Virus record (IMG/VR): IMGVR_UViG_3300045594_000343
Span: 3,370 to 67,369 of that record
Source of the DNA: a virus
Lineage: Duplodnaviria > Caudoviricetes
Reading direction: 5' to 3' (one strand)
Length of the DNA: 64,000 bases
Shown: positions 8,656 to 18,006 of the stretch, in pieces
How the letters are laid out: each line of letters begins with the position of its first letter
Numbering within the stretch: the stretch's first letter is position 1
The notes under the pieces: generated by a model
What the model saw: the letters and a program-made list of their open reading frames with translations, nothing else
Told to the model about the DNA's origin: nothing
The model's database searches: none
Program-made: the position numbers and the translations under genes

Positions 8656-9984
8656 TTAATTATCTCCCTTCAACAATTCACATTCTTTAATATGAGCTTC
8701 AATATATGATTTTGTATCTTTATCAGTGTTATCCCATTCTTCTGGTATTTTTACAATTTTCATTCCATAGTTGTTTACTTTATTAACTGATTTATGATAA
8801 TTGCTATCATAATGCAGTTCTTGTGTAAATGAACTATAATCAACATGATGATGAATCCTAGAAAACTTAAACACTTTTGTGGCATATTGAGGATATTCTT
8901 TTACCAACATATCTGTTTTTGGTTCAGTTCCTTCTTTTGAATAGAACATATCATTGTTTCCACCATCAATACGTTGAGTAGTTAATTTATCTGCCAAGAA
9001 TGTATTTAACTGAAGTGTACAAAGTCCATCAGATAAAATATCTAGTGATATAATAGTGTCTTCATTATATCTTCCTCTCCATCTATATTTTAATTCATTA
9101 TTACACATTAAGATGCTATAGATTCTAGTATTCTTTACATAGGCAGGAGTTCTATCACATTCTTTACAGAACTTAGAATAATTAAGTCCTGCTAATCCAA
9201 TATTATCGAATCTTTCAACAAAATCTTCCATAGCTGAAAAACAAACACCTGTACGCATTTTATGTTTTATATTATGATTCAAATAATGAAAACCATCAAT
9301 ATTATCATCTAACACCCAACACCACTTATAACCTTTTTTCAAAGATATATCCATACAATAGTTTCTTGCAGCTCCTGGACCCTTTCCTTTTGTATCACCT
9401 AAATCATCCAAAGTGTTATAATTTTCTTTATATCGCATATCCAATTTAATTACTCTTGTATATTTCAAATCTTTAAATGCTTGCTGATATTCTTCAAATT
9501 CGTTTGGTTCAACGACAACATAATGACGGGTTTCCATTTTATTCAGCCATTTTACACTCAAACATTTAGATAGACTTGCTCTGCCTTTACTAACAATAAA
9601 GATTGGGTATCGTGGGTTTTTACCTCCAACAACACGAATCAACTTTTTGGTATGTTTCTCTAATGCAGGAAACCAAATGCTTTTAGTCCTATCTGTAATA
9701 TTCTGCTCAAAAGTTTCACTTAATTCATTTTCCGTAAAATCATCAACAATAAAATCAATCTTTGCATACGGTTCTACTTTCGGTTCAATAAATTCAGGTA
9801 AATCATTCCAATATGATTCCCATGAATTATTAATCTCCCTATTTGAATTGACAATTCGTTTATCAATAGATTCTTTTGTCTTTAAGTTGATTTCTTTAGT
9901 AAGATTTGTATAATTTCCATTTAATTTATGGTTAAGTTTATCTAAATCTTGTTTAGTTGAAAATCTACAAATTATCTTTCTCAT
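8656..9984 (-). CDS. TET-associated/GREB1-C-like glycosyltransferase with fused N-terminal domain
   Basis: YPIFIVSKGRA, VVVEPNEFEEY, GPGAARNY, WVLDDNI (DxD-like), RWRGRYNEDT and T...GGN motifs typical of phage TAGT-like enzymes. The N-terminal EQNITDRTKSIWFP segment is present. Confidence 0.65.
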   Translation of the reverse strand: MRKIICRFSTKQDLDKLNHKLNGNYTNLTKEINLKTKESIDKRIVNSNREINNSWESYWNDLPEFIEPKVEPYAKIDFIVDDFTENELSETFEQNITDRTKSIWFPALEKHTKKLIRVVGGKNPRYPIFIVSKGRASLSKCLSVKWLNKMETRHYVVVEPNEFEEYQQAFKDLKYTRVIKLDMRYKENYNTLDDLGDTKGKGPGAARNYCMDISLKKGYKWCWVLDDNIDGFHYLNHNIKHKMRTGVCFSAMEDFVERFDNIGLAGLNYSKFCKECDRTPAYVKNTRIYSILMCNNELKYRWRGRYNEDTIISLDILSDGLCTLQLNTFLADKLTTQRIDGGNNDMFYSKEGTEPKTDMLVKEYPQYATKVFKFSRIHHHVDYSSFTQELHYDSNYHKSVNKVNNYGMKIVKIPEEWDNTDKDTKSYIEAHIKECELLKGDN

Positions 9985-9987
9985 GAA

Positions 9988-10176
9988 TTATTCTCCTTTT
10001 TTAATGGCATGTAGTTGTTCTGACAATTTGTCTAGTTCATTAAAAACAGCCTTATTGGTAATGGATAGTATCTCTATTTTTTTTCTTAATGTATCAATAT
10101 CACCATGTAATTTGCCATATTGAGATTCTAATTGTTTTATTCTATAACTTAAAGCTGCAATGACTTCTTGTTCCAT
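9988..10176 (-). CDS. Small coiled-coil hypothetical protein
   Basis: 62-aa ORF with AAAGGAAA RBS. Confidence 0.65.
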   Translation of the reverse strand: MEQEVIAALSYRIKQLESQYGKLHGDIDTLRKKIEILSITNKAVFNELDKLSEQLHAIKKGE

Positions 10177-10178
10177 TT

Positions 10179-10550
10179 TTATTTCCTTTCAAATGAAAAA
10201 TTTCTAATACAGTCCAATTCATCTTCTTTAATCAGCTTTTGCATATCATCTGCTAGGCTAATTAATTCAGTATCTTCTGAATTTATAACAATACTTTCAC
10301 ATAGTGCTAATGCCAATCCTTTTTCTATCTTGTTAGATAAATACATTTGTTGAATATCTTTTAATGTATCCATTGACATTTTATCTTCTTCATGTGCAAC
10401 AAGAATGGGTTCTTCGTTCTGACGTTTAATAATTCTTGAAATAACCTCATATAACCCATCAATGTTTTTTTCATTTTGTGACACTCTTTTTTCTAGGTCT
10501 TCTAGTTGTTGATTAATGTCCATATTTTTAATTCCCCCAATTTTTATCAT
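10179..10550 (-). CDS. Hypothetical coiled-coil protein
   Basis: 123-aa ORF. Start is probably the internal MDINQQ after a GGGGG RBS. Confidence 0.65.
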   Translation of the reverse strand: MIKIGGIKNMDINQQLEDLEKRVSQNEKNIDGLYEVISRIIKRQNEEPILVAHEEDKMSMDTLKDIQQMYLSNKIEKGLALALCESIVINSEDTELISLADDMQKLIKEDELDCIRNFSFERK

Positions 10551-10576
10551 TTTTAACTTGTTTTTATTATATGAGA

Positions 10577-10605
10577 TTGACTAAAAATAACAAATTAAAT
10601 ACAAT
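10577..10605 (+). promoter_or_regulatory. sigma70-type promoter
   Basis: TTGACT, 17 nt, TACAAT upstream of the ORF at 10640. Confidence 0.65.
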
Positions 10606-10639
10606 ATAACCATCAAGAAAAGAAAGAAGGAATTTTATT

Positions 10640-11029
10640 ATGATTACTTACACTGTTGATGAAAACACAAAAACGATTACCTGCGTACTGGATGGAGAAG
10701 AAGTTACTCATTCTGCTGTTAGAAAAATGAACGCTATGTTGAGAAACACACCAAAAAACGCCATCGCAATTGACCCAAAGCAATTTATCCTTTCAGATAA
10801 ATATATTGGTGTTGCAAAATATGATGACCAGGAAACTACTCCATTTGACATTGAGACGGGAAAAATCATTGCTCGTAAAAAAGCTTTCGCTAAATATAAC
10901 AAAGCAATGACCAAGAAATTCTCTATTCTTCGTGAAAATCTTTCAGCTCTTACTAACGAATCTTTGTTCCAGACGTTCAATTTCGATTCTAAGGTAAAAG
11001 AAATTAATCGCAAACTTAAAAAATATTAA
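10640..11029 (+). CDS. Hypothetical phage protein
   Basis: 129-aa ORF with AGGA RBS, own promoter and terminator. The G.A....D.FD.E.GK.IA..KA motif is common in phage proteins. Confidence 0.75.
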   Translation: MITYTVDENTKTITCVLDGEEVTHSAVRKMNAMLRNTPKNAIAIDPKQFILSDKYIGVAKYDDQETTPFDIETGKIIARKKAFAKYNKAMTKKFSILRENLSALTNESLFQTFNFDSKVKEINRKLKKY

Positions 11030-11072
11030 AAAAAATACCCCCTGCTTGATAATCAAGCAGGGGGTATTTTTT
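11028..11072. terminator. Bidirectional intrinsic terminator
   Basis: aaaaaatacccc-ctgcttgat-a-atcaagcag-ggggtatttttt long perfect stem. Confidence 0.9.
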
Positions 11073-11163
11073 AATCATCGCAAATTGCAAATACGATTGC
11101 CAATAGCCAAAATGGCCAAAAGAAAAAGCCTAAAATAACAAATATCCATGTAGCGCATCCCAT
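11071..11163 (-). CDS. 30-aa membrane peptide (not in ORF track)
   Basis: MGCATWIFVILGFFFWPFWLLAIVFAICDD*, between the upstream gene stop and the terminator. Confidence 0.5.
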   Translation of the reverse strand: MGCATWIFVILGFFFWPFWLLAIVFAICDD

Positions 11164-11168
11164 ATTTA

Positions 11169-11807
11169 TCACACTTTCATTGGATTATCAACATTAGCAA
11201 ACTTTTCACAAAGTTCTCTAGTTGAAAAACAATTATTGTTATTATAATTAATCATATCATTTGAATCAATAAATGATTTATTTTTAATCTCAACTTCTTT
11301 TGTCGATAGATTAACTACCTTGTAAAAGTAAACATCTCCTAAGTTTGGCATTTTTTGTTTGATGTTTAATTCTTTATTGAGCAACATAAATAGTCCATTC
11401 TTAACTTGTGGACAATTATCTTCATCAACGAATTGTTTTACTTCGCCCTCAATGTTCATGAAATAAGTATTATCATTTTCATATACATGAAAACATTCAT
11501 AAAAATCGATTCCCAATTGCTTTACAATGCTTTTGTAAAAATCGTCCACCAATGTAAGGGCTGAATCAAATGAAGCATCAGATTGCTGTTGTAAGAAAAA
11601 TTGTTTTTTCTGTTGGTCATAAATCATTACAACAATTGAATCCTTTTTGAATCCCTTATATGACTTAAGCAAAGAAGTAACGTTCTTATTTCTTAAATCA
11701 CAATTAAATAATGGAAATAATACGTTACAATAGTCTACCAACTGAATCGTATTGTCAATTTTAAGCTTTTTTCCATAGCTAATTTGATTCAAAATATTTG
11801 ATTTCAT
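11169..11807 (-). CDS. Hypothetical protein
   Basis: 212-aa ORF with ATGA-type overlap to the upstream gene. Confidence 0.7.
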   Translation of the reverse strand: MKSNILNQISYGKKLKIDNTIQLVDYCNVLFPLFNCDLRNKNVTSLLKSYKGFKKDSIVVMIYDQQKKQFFLQQQSDASFDSALTLVDDFYKSIVKQLGIDFYECFHVYENDNTYFMNIEGEVKQFVDEDNCPQVKNGLFMLLNKELNIKQKMPNLGDVYFYKVVNLSTKEVEIKNKSFIDSNDMINYNNNNCFSTRELCEKFANVDNPMKV

Positions 11808-12133
11808 TTTTCTACCTTCATTTCGTTTTTTTTAATTAAATCCTCAATAGACTTAATTACTGTAGACACCGTAACAATATTCGGGCTTGTTCTATTCTGT
11901 AAGAAATCACTTACTGTAGTTTTAGACATATTGCAGTTTTTTGCAATATCATTGAACGAAAAATTATATGCAATTCTTTTTTCATTTGCTTTTTTCCCAA
12001 GTTTTTTAACATTCTTATTGTAATTTTCCATTCTAGAGTTAAAATCAATCGTATATTTTTCAGCTTTCATTTTTTTCACATCCTTTATTAAATACATTTT
12101 ATCATTTTTTTTAGTATTTGTCAACATTTCCAC
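11804..12133 (-). CDS. XRE/Cro-type HTH protein
   Basis: SFNDIAKNCNMSKTTVSDFLQNRTSPNIVTV fits the HTH_3 pattern. Confidence 0.7.
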   Translation of the reverse strand: MEMLTNTKKNDKMYLIKDVKKMKAEKYTIDFNSRMENYNKNVKKLGKKANEKRIAYNFSFNDIAKNCNMSKTTVSDFLQNRTSPNIVTVSTVIKSIEDLIKKNEMKVEK

Positions 12134-12817
12134 CTATTTGTATTCTATAACCTTATTATATAACACTGTATGTTTATCATCAAAACACTTTGAAACATGC
12201 CAATGACCAAAATACCAACTTTGATATTTAACAGTCTTATAAAATTCATCTAAAATTGTTTCAGTAGGGTCTTTTGAAATTTCATGTACCAACTCATATG
12301 AAAAAGCATGTGGACACGTATGAGTTAACATAATATCTACTTTATTATTTACATTATTAAGATTAGTTAAAGCTTCTTCTATTTCTGCATGATTAGGAAT
12401 TTCTTCTTTCCACCAGCTAATGCCATCCACGCGACATTCTTTATCATATGATTCTGCTCCACCAAAAGCAAATATTGATTTATTATCAATATTAAATATT
12501 TGACCTCTCATAAGGTGAATAACTGAATCATTTATTTTATGAACCTTACCACCATGCCATTCTGATACTGTATGGTTATTTAATCTTGTGAAATTATCAT
12601 GATTACCATCAATAAATAATGTAGTCCAAGGTTTATTTTTAAACCAATTCATCCAATATTTCTCGGTTTTATCAGGTTCATTTTTCCATATAAATCCAAA
12701 ATCACCTAAAATAATAACATAATCATTTTTTGTTAAATCATTTCCTTGAGGAAAGTTTTTGCTATTTAACTTAGCAATGTCAATTTCTCCGTGGGTATCT
12801 CCTGTAATAAATATCAT
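12134..12817 (-). CDS. Calcineurin-like metallophosphoesterase
   Basis: GDTHG, GDFG, GNHD, THTCP and GHWH motifs. Confidence 0.88.
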   Translation of the reverse strand: MIFITGDTHGEIDIAKLNSKNFPQGNDLTKNDYVIILGDFGFIWKNEPDKTEKYWMNWFKNKPWTTLFIDGNHDNFTRLNNHTVSEWHGGKVHKINDSVIHLMRGQIFNIDNKSIFAFGGAESYDKECRVDGISWWKEEIPNHAEIEEALTNLNNVNNKVDIMLTHTCPHAFSYELVHEISKDPTETILDEFYKTVKYQSWYFGHWHVSKCFDDKHTVLYNKVIEYK

Positions 12818-12847
12818 AATTGAAAACCCCCCCTCGTTTTTAATATA

Positions 12848-12876
12848 ATTATATCATAATTATTGTATTTTGTCAA
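12848..12876 (-). promoter_or_regulatory. Consensus sigma70 promoter, extended -10
   Basis: TTGACA, 17 nt, TGA-TATAAT. Confidence 0.85.
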
Positions 12877-12904
12877 TAGAATATAAAAAAATAGAGGTAA
12901 AAAT

Positions 12905-13066
12905 ATGACTATTAATAATTTAACTATTGCGCCAATAAATCCTTCTATGGATATAAATTATAATCAGCATAACAATGAACAACCTTATGAAAAAAAGAAA
13001 AATAATGAAGATAATTTAATATTTCAAAGAATATTAGATGAAGAACTGAAAAAGCAGGACATGTAA
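12905..13066 (+). CDS. Small hypothetical protein (53 aa, not in ORF track)
   Basis: MTINNLTIAPINPSMDINY...FQRILDEELKKQDM* with GAGGT RBS. Confidence 0.55.
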   Translation: MTINNLTIAPINPSMDINYNQHNNEQPYEKKKNNEDNLIFQRILDEELKKQDM

Positions 13067-13083
13067 TATGCCCTGCTTTTTTG

Positions 13084-13614
13084 TTATTTAATTCCTGCGG
13101 TGATTTTGGTCATGTAAATTCCATATGAGGAAACAGTCCTAATGTCATAATATCGATTTGTGCGATAACTATGATATCCGCAAGCACAATTGTTATCAAT
13201 GGAATACTTAATCAGCTTATAAATTGTATCATAACTTTCAGCTTCCGAATCTTCAGAAGCAAGTTCCATCAAAACTGTTCCCTGAAACATAATCGTTTCT
13301 GGTACACTAGAAGTGATTACAATTCCAGAAACAAATCCTGCCTGATTACAAAAATATTCAATGACGTTTGTTTTATCAACCGGATTTAATGCTCCATAAA
13401 TATCTACTGTGCCGTCATTACTAATATGTTGCAATTCGCTCATTTTATAAAACCGCTGACCATTATCAGTTTGACTTATCAAATAATCATACTGACCTTG
13501 AAATGACCCTGCTCCCAAATTGTCATTAAGCTGAACTCTTGTCCATGCAAAACAAACATTTGTGACCAACATAACCATACAAGTTACTAAAAACAATACC
13601 TTTTTTGCGCTCAT
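13084..13614 (-). CDS. Exported protein with signal peptide
   Basis: MSAKKVLFLVTCMVMLVTNVCFA/W N-terminus, GGGGG RBS and its own promoter. Confidence 0.7.
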   Translation of the reverse strand: MSAKKVLFLVTCMVMLVTNVCFAWTRVQLNDNLGAGSFQGQYDYLISQTDNGQRFYKMSELQHISNDGTVDIYGALNPVDKTNVIEYFCNQAGFVSGIVITSSVPETIMFQGTVLMELASEDSEAESYDTIYKLIKYSIDNNCACGYHSYRTNRYYDIRTVSSYGIYMTKITAGIK

Positions 13615-13659
13615 TTTTTATTCCCCCTAAAAAACTTAATTTCTTTTTTAACTGTTTAT

Positions 13660-13688
13660 AGTATAACATAGCTGTTTATATTTGTCAA
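13660..13688 (-). promoter_or_regulatory. sigma70 promoter, extended -10
   Basis: TTGACA, 17 nt, TGT-TATACT. Confidence 0.8.
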
Positions 13689-13760
13689 TAGTTTTTAAAA
13701 ATAAAAAGAGTAGAGTTTTTTTACTCTGCTCTTTTTTAGTAAATTCAACTTTAGTAAATT

Positions 13761-14003
13761 TTACTTTACTAAAAACATAATTGCCCCACCAATAACAACA
13801 CCGATGGAAAACACCAATGCCATATTCCATTTTTCAGAAACATCACAATAATCATTAATTGCCTTTTTTAATTCGTGCAAACGACTAATGTTATAATTCT
13901 TATTTTTCTTATATGCTTCATCATTCTTATCCATTTGTGCAATAGTAGTAATTGCAGTTTCTATAGCGATATTGCTTGTATCATTATTCTCCAATGCTTT
14001 CAA
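13761..14003 (-). CDS. Hypothetical protein with C-terminal membrane anchor
   Basis: ORF 13761..14015, with likely TTG start after TGGAGG; ends MALVFSIGVVIGGAIMFLVK. Confidence 0.6.
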   Translation of the reverse strand: MKALENNDTSNIAIETAITTIAQMDKNDEAYKKNKNYNISRLHELKKAINDYCDVSEKWNMALVFSIGVVIGGAIMFLVK

Positions 14004-14154
14004 CCTCCACATCATATTTGCTATTTTTATCTTCCATACTAATAACGTGATTATTTATTGCCGTATTAACAACATCATTCAAATCCTCATTATCTTCTGC
14101 CTGTAAAATAGCTTCACAAATTGTTGTTCGTGTAATTTTAACTTTATATTTCAT
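13984..14154 (-). CDS. Small hypothetical protein (56 aa, not in ORF track)
   Basis: MKYKVKITRTTICEAILQAEDNEDL...VESIGE*, with ATGA overlap to the upstream gene. Confidence 0.6.
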   Translation of the reverse strand: MKYKVKITRTTICEAILQAEDNEDLNDVVNTAINNHVISMEDKNSKYDVEVESIGE

Positions 14155-14354
14155 TTAAGACCACCCTTATTAGGAAAGTGTATTAGCTTATCGGAAATAT
14201 AATATGTTCCAATATCTTTTTCTTCCTTAATATATATATACTCTTTATCTTGTAATACAATATAAACCTTTCTATCATCTTCCTTGATAATAGTTCCTTT
14301 TGATAACACATTGATATTTGGGCTGTGCATTATAAGATATATCACATTACTCAA
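14151..14354 (-). CDS. Small hypothetical protein
   Basis: 67-aa ORF with GAGGTGG RBS. Confidence 0.6.
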   Translation of the reverse strand: MSNVIYLIMHSPNINVLSKGTIIKEDDRKVYIVLQDKEYIYIKEEKDIGTYYISDKLIHFPNKGGLK

Positions 14355-14392
14355 ATCATTCCACCTCGTAAAAATATTTTTATTACATTATA

Positions 14393-15643
14393 TTAATACT
14401 TTTTAAAAACGTTTTGAGTATGGTCAATATTTACACCTGATTTTAACACTAAATCTATCTTACAAAATAAATCGTTTTCATTTAATATAATTAAATTTTG
14501 AGAAGGTTTTGAAATTAATCGTTTGCTCTGTGCAAATGCATCAACTCCACAGAAAGAGCCATTTACAATAACTTTTGTTGCAAAACTTTCTTGTTCCTCT
14601 TGATGATGAAAATGACCCATGAAGATATAATCAGGGAAATTCTGCAACATTCCTGTAAGATTGCTAACCGCCTTTTTTGGTTTATCCTTATCACCATGAA
14701 CAGCCATAATATTTTTATTACAAATATTTGCAGTAATTATTTCAGAATCATTATCGTTCGTAATAAATTTAATGCCATCCATACCATCCATCATTCCCTT
14801 TAAGAAATAATACATAATATCAAAAAAGCTTTCTTCAACCACGTGTTCTTTGAAATTTGCAATCATTCTATCATGATTACCACGAACGCCATATACATTT
14901 ACTTGTGGAACATAATCTCTCAAAGTAACAATTAAATCCATTAATTTTTTTGTTGCTTCCGTTGTCTGTTCATAAATGTTTTTTGCTGCATTAATTCTAG
15001 ATGTAACATGAATCAATCCATTAACAATATCGCCTAAAATAAATACATGCAACTTCCTCACTTTAAATAATTTGATGTGCTCAATTGTCTGAGTAATCAA
15101 TTCTTTAATTCTTTCATCAGCCACTTGCTCATTAAATGTATTCACATTATTTGAGGTGGTTTGTCCGTAATGCCAATCAGACAACAAGAGGATTGCTTCA
15201 TTGTTAGATACTTGTTGATATTGTGGATTGACCTTTATCTTATTGCATTTTGACCAATTCTTTAATGAGTTATTGATTTCTTGTGCAATACTATCCCACC
15301 GCGCATATTCTCTTGTCATTCTTCTTACAATATTTTTTTCATCACGTGCTTGAATCTTCCTTTTTTCAGATTCAAGTTTGTTTTTTTGCAGAATGTTAAT
15401 TTGACGTAATGATTTAAAGTCTAAATTCTCATCTTGATTCAAATAATTCGCAAACATTAGCATACCTTTTGCCTTATCAGAAAAGTGAGATTCACATTTT
15501 ACTTCCGGGTCAACTAATTCAGCAATCTGTTTCCATGTATAGTTTTCATAGAAACCTTGTGCCTTACCAATCATTAACCGTATTTTCCATTCAGTTGGAT
15601 TTTCTCCTTGCATCTGATTAATATCAGGATTTATTGTTATCAA
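14393..15643 (-). CDS. Large metallophosphoesterase/exonuclease-like protein
   Basis: LLSDWHYG, ILGDIVNG, GNHDR, AVHGD and MGHFHH motifs with an N-terminal helical region. Start is likely TTG at 15643. Confidence 0.8.
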   Translation of the reverse strand: MITINPDINQMQGENPTEWKIRLMIGKAQGFYENYTWKQIAELVDPEVKCESHFSDKAKGMLMFANYLNQDENLDFKSLRQINILQKNKLESEKRKIQARDEKNIVRRMTREYARWDSIAQEINNSLKNWSKCNKIKVNPQYQQVSNNEAILLLSDWHYGQTTSNNVNTFNEQVADERIKELITQTIEHIKLFKVRKLHVFILGDIVNGLIHVTSRINAAKNIYEQTTEATKKLMDLIVTLRDYVPQVNVYGVRGNHDRMIANFKEHVVEESFFDIMYYFLKGMMDGMDGIKFITNDNDSEIITANICNKNIMAVHGDKDKPKKAVSNLTGMLQNFPDYIFMGHFHHQEEQESFATKVIVNGSFCGVDAFAQSKRLISKPSQNLIILNENDLFCKIDLVLKSGVNIDHTQNVFKKY

Positions 15644-15727
15644 ACTTTTTTCACTTCTTTCTATGCTATATATTATAATTATATTATTTATTAGTAAAAA
15701 AAATATAGTAAATGTTAAATTTGTTTC

Positions 15728-15756
15728 TTGACAAACACGTTTTCTTACATTATAAT
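15728..15756 (+). promoter_or_regulatory. Consensus sigma70 promoter
   Basis: TTGACA, 17 nt, TATAAT upstream of the ORF at 15799. Confidence 0.85.
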
Positions 15757-15798
15757 AAACATCAAATGCTATAATCTTCAAATATAGGGGGAACGACC

Positions 15799-16953
15799 AT
15801 GGCTGAATCTTTATCTTTACCAGCAATTGAATCAATCTTTCAAGAATCGATGAACATCATTAAATCAGGAATGAAAGATTACCAAATTAATTGTTCGGAC
15901 AATGTTATTTTTGGTGGATGTACTGACGATTCTACCAATCCTGTTCAACTCGCATTTAATAAATCCCGTAATGTTTTTATTTTATTTTTTTCCAATCATT
16001 ATTTAATGAATTCACAAGATAAAATTTTGAAATTGTTTGTTCGATATATTATCACAACAAATAAAAACGGAACATTTAAAAACAGGAAAGAAACGAAAAA
16101 GGAATTAAAGAAATTCACGGATACACACTATGAAGCGTGTTATATGAACAACTTCTTAAAATGCGATGAAACAATATCTGATACGATTTTTTGTCGCAAA
16201 TGTAAGCGTACTTATAAGTATCCAATTAACCATCCTATTTTTCAACATTTAGAAAACTATCGTTGTGAATGTGGTGGAGAGTTAACAAAACTTATTAATA
16301 CTGGTACTTTTGATAGTGCAAAAGCAAATGTGTATTTTTCAAACAATTTCAAGGAAAATGTTAAGCCTGGTGTTGATACTTCAAAATATCCAGACAGTTT
16401 CTTTGAAAAAATCCAACATAGTGTTGAAGATTATGAACGCTTTGTTGCATTCATTAAAAACAAAAAACGCATTTCTAGGCTTAAACTAATCGGTGAAATT
16501 CAAGAAGTAATAGATAATGAAAATTATAATATGTTAAACATGTATAATTTTGCTTTCCCAAAAATGTATGATACGGCATATAATTATATTAAAGCAGACT
16601 ACCGCAACATTATGAAGGATAAATGTCCTCCTTCTTTCATTAAAGAAGAATCAAAATCAAAAAAAGTAATTGTAAAAGAAGAAATTAATCATAATGATTT
16701 TGATTGTACTGAAGAGGAATTCATTACCGTTAAAACATTTAATAATGGCAAACATAACCTTAAATGTTTAAAGCCGTATATTATTAACGCAATTGAAAAC
16801 GATAAGGTTAATATATTAAAGGCATTACAAAAAATCGATAATGAAGATTTTCAAAAATCTGTTCGATATTTAAAAAAGAAGCAAAAAACATATTTAATTG
16901 AACATGGAATGGTGGTAAATGATGATGCAAGCTCTAATCAAATTAACGAATAA
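15799..16953 (+). CDS. Hypothetical protein with SprT-like zinc ribbon
   Basis: CRKC...YRCECGGEL zinc ribbon; no HExxH. Confidence 0.5.
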   Translation: MAESLSLPAIESIFQESMNIIKSGMKDYQINCSDNVIFGGCTDDSTNPVQLAFNKSRNVFILFFSNHYLMNSQDKILKLFVRYIITTNKNGTFKNRKETKKELKKFTDTHYEACYMNNFLKCDETISDTIFCRKCKRTYKYPINHPIFQHLENYRCECGGELTKLINTGTFDSAKANVYFSNNFKENVKPGVDTSKYPDSFFEKIQHSVEDYERFVAFIKNKKRISRLKLIGEIQEVIDNENYNMLNMYNFAFPKMYDTAYNYIKADYRNIMKDKCPPSFIKEESKSKKVIVKEEINHNDFDCTEEEFITVKTFNNGKHNLKCLKPYIINAIENDKVNILKALQKIDNEDFQKSVRYLKKKQKTYLIEHGMVVNDDASSNQINE

Positions 16954-17446
16954 TGATATTAGAAGCATTGATTTATCTCATGGTATTAACATGAACGTTA
17001 AGGGCGAAACTATATATGATTCGTCCTTAACGATATATCATTGCGTAAATCTTGTATTTTATTATAAAGAAGAAGAATATTATGTTTTTTCAAGCATGGT
17101 TTCAGAAGAAGACCCTGATTTCAAAGAAAAATTGATTATGCTTGACGATTTGCTTAGTTTTGTCGCAAAAGAAACGTTAAGTATTATTTTTGCAATGTTA
17201 CAGGATGGAAAATTAGGAATCAATTTAATTTCTATCGTAGATAATATTATCAAAAGTAATATTAGTCCTGTTGATGCGCCCATTGTTGAAAACGGATTTG
17301 TATTGTATAATAATATTAAGAAAAAAATATTAGATGATTTTTCTTCATGGGAAAAATCCAATGCAAATATATCATTGACAGAAACGCTTTTAGAGCAAAA
17401 ACAAGATGAACAAACAGAATTAAAAACGGAGCAAGAAGAAAAATAA
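16919..17446 (+). CDS. Hypothetical protein
   Basis: 175-aa ORF in the plus-strand operon. Confidence 0.7.
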   Translation: MMMQALIKLTNNDIRSIDLSHGINMNVKGETIYDSSLTIYHCVNLVFYYKEEEYYVFSSMVSEEDPDFKEKLIMLDDLLSFVAKETLSIIFAMLQDGKLGINLISIVDNIIKSNISPVDAPIVENGFVLYNNIKKKILDDFSSWEKSNANISLTETLLEQKQDEQTELKTEQEEK

Positions 17447-17469
17447 ATTAAGAGGTGTTTATTTATATT

Positions 17470-18006
17470 ATGAAAATTATAGGATTTAATAATGACAATC
17501 ATTTTTTGAGTAATTTTTATAACCATTCAATTCAATATAATGGTATTACATATAAAAATAATGTTAGTGCTTTTTTGGCACAATCTTTTGAAAGTAGACC
17601 TCAAAAGGTTTCATTTTCAACGCTGTTGCCAACTCAGGCAATTAGATTGTTTGAAAGAACCTCTAATACACACATTAAGTTTGATGAAGAAGCAGTCATG
17701 AAAGAAATTTGCAAAATAAAATTTTCTGATAAAATATTGAAGGAAAAGCTATTAAATACTCATGACGATGAGCTTATTAATGAAACAAGTTTCCCAAATG
17801 AGTTTTGGGGAACAAATACAAATGGCGAGGGTCAAAACAAATTAGGTAAAATCATTATGGAAATTCGTAAAGAATTTTCAGAAGAAGAAACTAACAAAAA
17901 ACAAAAAGAAGAAATGACTGAAAAAATCGATTCTATTACTGAAGAAACAAAAAAAGATATTAAAAAAAATAAAAAGCAGAAAGAAGATTTGAAGGATGCT
18001 AAATGA
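17470..18006 (+). CDS. NADAR (YbiA/DUF1768-like) domain protein, divergent
   Basis: FLSNFY, KIKF...LKEKLLNT, FWG...GQNKLGKIIMEIRKE. Start MKIIGF after GAGGTG. Confidence 0.75.
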   Translation: MKIIGFNNDNHFLSNFYNHSIQYNGITYKNNVSAFLAQSFESRPQKVSFSTLLPTQAIRLFERTSNTHIKFDEEAVMKEICKIKFSDKILKEKLLNTHDDELINETSFPNEFWGTNTNGEGQNKLGKIIMEIRKEFSEEETNKKQKEEMTEKIDSITEETKKDIKKNKKQKEDLKDAK

